Part shown: positions 56,849 through 64,000 of the stretch, piece after piece | Position numbering within the stretch: the stretch's first letter is position 1 | Layout of the letters: every line of letters begins with the position of its first letter | Origin: Octopus sinensis | Lineage: Eukaryota | DNA: 64,000 nucleotides | Assembly: GCF_006345805.1 (NCBI RefSeq) | Contig: NC_043008.1 | Coordinates: 68,944,001 to 69,008,000, forward strand | Direction of reading: 5' to 3' | Translations under genes and position numbers: made by a program | The notes under the pieces: generated by a model | What the model saw: the letters and a program-made list of their open reading frames with translations, nothing else | The model's database searches: none | Told to the model about the DNA's origin: nothing

Positions 56849-56937
<89 letters not shown>

Positions 56938-57174
56938 CCTGAAAATTCCACACACCCTTGGCTTTGTTGTCTCATTTTATTTAACATATACATGCTCATA
57001 CAAGACCCGCATTAGACTCCTCACTCGTATTATTATCAAACTGAGAGTTTAACTACGGTTCTTCCATAGCGCTACATCACCTTACCTGCCACCTTGGATC
57101 TTCTGAATACCAATGCCTCCCATACCTTTGCTTCCTTACTAATAGAAGCACTTGTAACAGGTAACACTTATATA

Positions 57175-59717
57175 ATGGATAAACAAATGCTTGACATCTC
57201 CTTTAAGGGCATACATATTCCTTCAAAACAAACCTTCCTCTTACTCCTACTCACCTCATCTGAAGAATGTGTAGGAAAGCCTTCTTCCACGGCAACCGTA
57301 ACAACCGGAGTGTTAATAACAACACATACAATCTTCGATCCTATAAACATACTCCAGACAATCCCCAACTTGACAAGTTCGAAGCAGATATACTTCATAT
57401 GATTTGGAACATTAAATTCTCTAAATATAAACCCACCTTCCAAAAAATCTTTCCTAAACTGTAAAACGGATCACTTCATCACCTATATTGCACGTCTTCT
57501 CAGATAAACGGGAAATATGCATCCTATTACTATCGAGGAATACACCAAGTTCGTCAAGAAGGAACTATACAAGTCTTATAAGCTGGTACCGACATCTACC
57601 ATTGTCAATATCAACACCAACCAATGTAAGCCTTATGAACAAACTACACGTTAACCATCGCACAGAACCCTACTGTCCTACATCTTCACACTTCAACATT
57701 AAGGATCATAAGAAGGACTTCATAACTAAACCATCTATACACCTCATATGCCCTATCAAATCCGACCTGGGGGGAATAAGCAAAAATATTCTGGATAAAA
57801 TAATACCAATCGTCAAGGAGAAATTGAACGTCAAATTATGGTCCTGTACAGGTGAAATCATAACATGGATCCATCTCTTAAACAACAAAAACTCATCTTC
57901 TTTCCTACAATTCGATATAAATAATTACTATTCTTCTAGTTCTCCCAAACTTCTTAATCAAGCTCTCCTTCTAGCTAGGAATCTAACAAACCTAACCCCA
58001 CTAAAAATTAACATCATTCTTAATGCCCATAAAACCATTATTTCTTTCGGGGATAAACTTTGGTGCTGGGCTAACCACTATAACAATAACAATAACCATA
58101 GCAACTTATTTGACACTACCAAGGGATCATCTGACTCTGCCCAAGTCAGCAACCTTGTTGGACTATACAACAGCTCCAAATACATTTCCGTTACATCAAG
58201 GGAGACCTCTACAGAGATGACGCTTTGATAGCTACCAAGGGCGTTAATAAATCTTCTTTAAAACGAGTTATGAAAGATTTACACAAATTTTTCTCTATTA
58301 CTTTTGAAAATTCCCACAAAACACGTAATTTTTTCAGACGTAACTTGAAACGTAGAAACCTCCCAATACTCCTCATATCACAAATCTAACTACTACCTTA
58401 AGTATTTAAACATTAATTCCAATAACCACAATTCCACTTTTGATAATATAGTTAAGGGTATCTCGATTCGCATTTCAGACCTCTCATCCACTAAGGAAAT
58501 ACTCTATAACCACGCCACATATTACAATCAAGCACTCGCTGCCAGCAGCTTCTCCCAACAAATAAAATACATCTCTAATACTAGGCTCAAGTAACATATA
58601 TCTATCTCAAATCACATTACAAAGACATGCCAACCATCAGAATCACACCAGACTACACATACACTATACTAGAAATCGGAAAAACCCAGATTAAGACAGC
58701 TTAGACCCCATAGGTACACACATAACACTAAGTCAAAAGCTAATACAGCTAACAATAACGGGCTATATAACCCACCAGGAATTTCTAAAAATATAGATTA
58801 CACTACGCTTAAGCAACCTAAAAAAGCAGTGGGCGCTCTATTCTATGGTATACACCTACCCTTCTCTCTAAAGGTTAAGAACTTCGCTGAATTCTTTTTT
58901 AATATACTGGACTCCAACTTACCTCGTCAACATAAATATTACTCTATGTTTAATAGATCTAACTTAAAGCTATCCTTCTCCTCCCCGCCAAACTTTAAGT
59001 CTATCATAAAAGCCTCTAATAGACGAAAACTTTCTATTATCAAAACGTACACTGTAACAACTCTGAATACACGAGCGCCCAACATATACATAGCTCCAGT
59101 ATCGAACCCCATATTTTAGACCACAACAAAAACCCAAACAATCCCACTAACACTAATCAGAATACTACTACCCCAACGTCTACCACTATTACAGATACGG
59201 TAAATAACAACGGTAGAAATAGTATTAATAATAGTAATAATAATGTTAATAACATAGACCAATCTACACAATCTCTAACCTCTCCTTAGACAGTATTACC
59301 TTCTCCATTCCTGAGAATAATCCCCACAATGCACTACCATGTAACCTCCGCCCTCTGACTATTTGCTCTCTACAACCCCATTGCAGAAGGTTTAACGTAA
59401 TTTATAAATGCACCGTCCTCAACATGTTACACAATTCTACAACCACATATATATACGCCGTGCATCTCAATTCTTTTAGATATGAGAAACAGTAAATCCA
59501 CAACACTCGCCAGCCACATACATCATCTTAAAAATAGAAATATTCCATATACCTTGTCATGGTGCATAATAGATTTAGGGCTTCCATAGCAGGGTCAACA
59601 CTCAGTTCTAAATTATGCCTAAAAGAGGCATTCCACATATTAAAGCACAACTCTTCAATACTTTTAAATAAATACGATGAGGCTCTAGGTACATTCATCC
59701 ACCGCTTTTTTTCATAA
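57175..59717 (+). mobile_element. Penelope-like retroelement ORF, full-length but frameshifted (RT plus C-terminal GIY-YIG endonuclease), Naiad-like
   Basis: Fragments in order: MDKQMLDISFKGIHIPSK, RKAFF..FEADILHMI, IKDHKKDF..KPSIHLICPIKSDLGGISKNILD, FLQFDINNYYSS, FDTTKGSSDSAQVSNLVGLY, LYRDDAL (58205ff), CNLRPLTICSL..NVIYKCTV (59394ff), STTLASHI, LCLKE..IL..LLNKYDE..G..HRFFS*. The Naiad clade call is from recalled motif similarity only. Confidence 0.85.
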
Positions 59718-60120
59718 CTTCAAATTTTATCACAAATCTAAATGCAACCCAAGTCGTCGCACAGTACATATTCCGACCACCCCTTAGGAAATCTCCATTG
59801 CGTATGTCAGTATACACTGCTTTCTTTCTCTCTCTCTCCCTCTGATTCCTCAATCCTCACTATCACATTAGCTACTACAATAAACACCTCCGTCTATTTT
59901 CAGAAACTTGGCCGTTATATCTTATTCTTCCTTTCCTTTTTGAGGTTTACTACTCACATTAGTAACCCCTCGTACCATTTTCTGCACCCATCCCTCCACC
60001 TTAGTTCCGTTCAAACATCCCCCCACATCCCACTTCTCATACATTCTCCATACATTCTTATCTCTTCCTATCCCTCCCCTTTTCCTCTCCTACCCCCTCA
60101 TACTATCTTGGCCACCAACT

Positions 60121-60912
60121 AACGCGTCCATAGTTGATCAAATGCCGAGTGAATTTCGTTGTTTTTCCTCTCTGCCTACGTGAATTGTTTTTGAGTATAT
60201 GTTATCTGGGAGATTTCTTACAGTAGAAAAAATAGCTAGACTCTTTGGCTGCTATTTCTTAAATTTCGGTATGTGGTGAAGAAAAATTTTTTTTTTTGCT
60301 GAACCCTAATTATAATTATACTCATAATTCTAAAAAAATATTGTTTAGGTTTACCGATAATGATCCCTTTTAACATGCCGAATACTACTTGGTGGAATTA
60401 TGAATTATTTTTACCCTTTATTATTATTGATAATATAATTCTCTCCCTGATAATGAACTACTGTTTTTTCTGTAGAATTTTTTACTCGACAACACACGTG
60501 GGTGGGAGAGGGAGAATACGAGACCGCATTCGTATGTTTTAAATCCGTTGGTACTGGTCATTGGATATAGTTTGTCTAATGTTTCTTGAATCGGATAGGT
60601 GTTCAATTTTTTCAGTGCTCTCAAATTTAAAATCCTGAAATGCTGTGCTGAAGAGCGAGAATGGTTGGAATGGAAATGCGATTCTTGCATTTTTCATATC
60701 TATCTAACTCCGAAACGCGTCCACAGTTAATCAGATGCCGAGTAAATTTCGTTCTTCTCTGCCTACGTGAATTGTTTTTGAGCATGTGTTATCTGGGAGA
60801 TTTGTTCTGGTAGAAAAAATAGCTAGTCACTTTGGCTGCTATTTCTAAATTTCGGTATGTGGTGAAGCAAAGATTTTTTTTGCTGAACTCAAATTATAAT
60901 TATGATCATAAT
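60121..60912 (+). repeat. Diverged direct repeat of about 200 bp (60121-60329 and 60714-60912), PLE pseudo-LTR
   Basis: Both copies begin AACGCGTCCA(T/C)AGTT and share CTCTGCCTACGTGAATTGTTTTTGAG and AAATTTCGGTATGTGGTGAAG; offset 593 bp. The first copy lacks the upstream CTGANGA core. Confidence 0.85.
60643..60726 (+). ncRNA. Type I hammerhead ribozyme in the 3' pseudo-LTR region of the PLE
   Basis: Stem I CTGTG/CACAG; CTGAAGA 60648-54; long stem II (GAG/CTC, GTTGGA/TCTAAC, AAATGC/GCATTT) with one bulge at its base; GAAAC-GC-GTC with palindromic ACGCGT; predicted cleavage after 60721. Confidence 0.8.
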
Positions 60913-60990
60913 TATAATATATATATATATATCATATGTTTTTATATATAGATACATACAAATGCATACACAAACATATGCATATATATA

Positions 60991-61355
60991 CGCACAGGAA
61001 TGGCTGTGTTGTAAGAAGATTGCTTCCCAACCACATGGTCCCGGGTTCAGTCCTACTACGTAACACGTTGGGTAAGTGTCTTGTACTGTAGCCTTGGGCC
61101 GACCAAATCCGTCTGAATGGATTTTGGTAGACGGAAACTGAAGAAGACCGTAGGATATATATATGTGTATTTGTCTGTCCCTCTTTTCCCCCACCATCGT
61201 TTGATAACGGATTTCGGCGTGGTTACGTCCCTGTAAATTTGCGGTTCGATAGAGTAAGCACTAGGCGTACAAAGATTAACACTTAAGTTCAATTTTTTCG
61301 ACTAAAAGTAGTGCTCCAGCATGGTGGTAGTCAAATTATCAAAAACAAGCAATAG
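60991..61355 (+). mobile_element. SINE copy
   Basis: Head GCACAGGAATGGCTGTG, central GGTAGACGGAAACTGAAG, tail GTGCTCCAGCATGG. Confidence 0.8.
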
Positions 61356-62315
61356 CATAAAAGAATATGTATACATCTCTCTCGCTCTCTCTCTATATAT
61401 ATGTATATAGGACTGAACCCGGGACCATGTGGTTGGGAAGCAATCTTCTTACAACACAGCCATTCCTGTGCGTATATATATGCATATGTTTGTGTATGCA
61501 TTTGTATGTATCTAAATTCCCTTTAGTAAATACAATGGTTGAAAAATCCTATAGGTGCATGCACTGGCAGAAACACACCTTTCACTCATATGAATGATGA
61601 TTAATATAGATAACCTCCTTGAATTTAATAATTTGGTTTCACTTATACAGCACCACCATAGACAAATTTTTATACTCATGAAGGACTACTACCTAATTCG
61701 TTGGGGTATGTTTTACCTTTGTCTCTCAACCTCTCCCTCCTCTCTCTCTCTCCCTCTCTCTATCGTAAGCACAATCAAACACACAGACACAAACCTGTCA
61801 GCTCACCAATAGTAGTTTTTGACATCTACCCATCCACACACACAGTCACGCACACACATACACACACATAGACACGAATGCAGTTATATACATACACACA
61901 CATAGGCACTCAATCTCATTAGAAAAAGCAAACAACAATACATCACCATTCATATGACTTGCACCCTGTCACCTTCCTATTCTTAGATCTCTCCCCTTCC
62001 AACCCTGTTTGAACTCTTGAACTTTCTAGAATCTACTACATTCAACCTTTTTTGACGTCACTGCTTAAACGGAATATTTTAAAGAAACACTCATTATCGC
62101 TATGGACTCCGTGTGGACAGTCATCTAAAAGTTTTTGTTCATCATGATGCTGACATAAGTTCCTTGTCTTTCCTGATGAGAAGGCGGCATAATGCACCCC
62201 TTATTCCTTCGAATTAGGAATATGCAGTCTTTGAATATGTCGAGAATAAAGGAATTTTGTTAAATCGTCGTTCAACCCATTCTTTCATTATTTGTATATA
62301 CATATTAATAATATA

Positions 62316-62353
<38 letters not shown>

Positions 62354-62475
62354 TAATCCAAACGGAAAACAGAAAAAGCAACAACACGTGGAACAATTAA
62401 AGTATTATTATTATTAGGCGCTCAGGAAAATGGAAGAAAAGAAAGATATATATATACATATATACACACACACAC

Positions 62476-62514
<39 letters not shown>

Positions 62515-62548
62515 GATATATTATACATTATATATACATACATATAGA

Positions 62549-62580
<32 letters not shown>

Positions 62581-62630
62581 TATACATACATATATACATA
62601 CACACACACACAAACACACACAATAATACA

Positions 62631-62666
<36 letters not shown>

Positions 62667-62699
62667 TATATATAACTTAGAAAGGTTTTGGCCAGTATT

Positions 62700-63400
62700 G
62701 GCCCAGGCCATGTCTAACTTAATAGCACCACCTGGCGAAGTCTTTCAATTCAGGATTTGGGCACTGAGGCCCATTCGAGCTGAGAGTTATTGTTTGCGGA
62801 GACATATCCGGGTGTGGGTGGTTTGTCCGAGACTGTTTGAAGGAATTTGTCCAAAGACTTCTTGAATTTTGTGTGGTCAGTCTCTGTTTTAACGTGTCCT
62901 GGTGTAATTTTGAAGAGAGCGGGTCCAATTCATGTGAAATAATTGTGCCGTATTGTCGTTATGTGATGCGATTTAGATATTTGTTGTGGACGGTTGGCAC
63001 GTGGTCCAAGCCTTGGATGTATTTTGAAGGTGATGCCAACATCATTCGGACAGTGCTGATGGAATATTTTCCACATCATACAGATAATGTAGCGTCACGG
63101 CGTCGTGGAGTGAATACAGTTTCAGCTTCTCTAGTTACCCCAGTAGTCAAGGTCTGACATGCCATCTATTTTTTTGTGATTGACCTTTGGGGAGCTTCAA
63201 TTCTCATAATATTTTGTTTTGTGTAGGGAGACCACAGTGGACAGCAGTATTCAAGGTGGGGTCGGGCAAAAGTGGAGAAGAGATGGATAATAGTGTGGGA
63301 ATCTCTCTGAGAATCCAGGAACACATTCTGCGGGCAATGTCAACTTTGCTGCTTATATGTGTAGCCCAGCTTATGTTAATGTCCACTGTTACTCCCAAGT
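62700..63400 (-). mobile_element. CR1-group LINE 3' fragment
   Basis: LGVTVDINISWATHI..ARRMCSWILR..LNTAVHCG; the C-terminal part resembles the 32.3-kb copy. Confidence 0.7.
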
Positions 63401-63714
63401 CTCTGATATATATATATGTTATGGATACACAGAAAAAGCTGAAAATAGAATGTAAACAAACGAAACGAAATAAAATACGCTTCTTTCTAAGAGTAATAGA
63501 AGACCTTTGACAGAGTATTCACTTCACTCTGGGATTCATTAAATGAAGAACAGTATAGAAACGAATAAATAACTGACTTAATGTACATTATCATATATTA
63601 TATAAGTACACTCATATACATGTATAGTATGTCAGATGAAGCTATAGTCTGACAACCTAAAAGAAATCTATGGATGTACATATCTATAATCTATATATGT
63701 TTCTATCATTTCTC

Positions 63715-63750
<36 letters not shown>

Positions 63751-63753
63751 ATA

Positions 63754-63814
<61 letters not shown>

Positions 63815-64000
63815 GTAATATATATATTATACATATATATATATATATATATATATTTACATATAGATATATATATATATAGATATAGCTATATAGAGAA
63901 CACACATGTATATAAACATCGATATGCCACATACGGACATATAAATGCATATATACATACGTATATATATATATATATATATACACATATATACGAGTAT

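Larger units (their letters stand above)
55633..56854 (+). repeat. 459-bp tandem repeat (about 2.7 units), HHR-bearing, retrozyme or PLE pseudo-LTR type
   Basis: TGGC(G/A)GTGGATTTTGAAAAT recurs at 55633, 56092 and 56551. Units differ by only a few substitutions. The array is bounded by (TA)n on both sides. Confidence 0.95.

Noticed and set aside
55633-56854. CRISPR-like or satellite interpretation of the repeats in this window
   Set aside because: No short repeat/unique spacer alternation and no cas genes; the context is eukaryotic.
57488-58228. Selenocysteine (in-frame UGA) recoding as reported for some Naiad PLEs
   Set aside because: No in-frame TGA within this RT stretch and no SECIS could be supported by eye; the copy is too decayed to test.

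Overview
AT-rich, microsatellite-saturated metazoan intergenic or intronic DNA. The SINE families and repeat landscape point to an Octopus genome (inference). No host protein-coding exon could be supported, and nearly all long ORFs in the track are microsatellite artefacts. Identifiable content is mobile DNA: four Tc1/mariner-superfamily relics, hAT MITEs, Helitron 3' ends, Tx1/L1-like, CR1-like and R4/Dong-like LINE fragments, two tRNA-derived SINE families and several Penelope-like element (PLE) pieces. The main signal is a set of type I hammerhead ribozyme (HHR) motifs read directly from the sequence. (1) A recent 459-bp tandem array (55633-56854) carries three intact HHRs with an extended stem II and a 12-nt palindromic stem III, which is retrozyme/circRNA-like. 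(2) An HHR at 60643-60726 lies downstream of a full-length but decayed RT+GIY-YIG PLE (57175-59717). (3) Mirror-image minimal HHRs sit in a ~1.8-kb fold-back at 19.7-21.5 kb. (4) An older, decayed 427-bp HHR dimer lies at 12.5-13.2 kb, with a few further relics elsewhere. A Tx1-like LINE also appears three times joined to (TATC)n tracts. All structures were paired by eye; no folding or database search was run.
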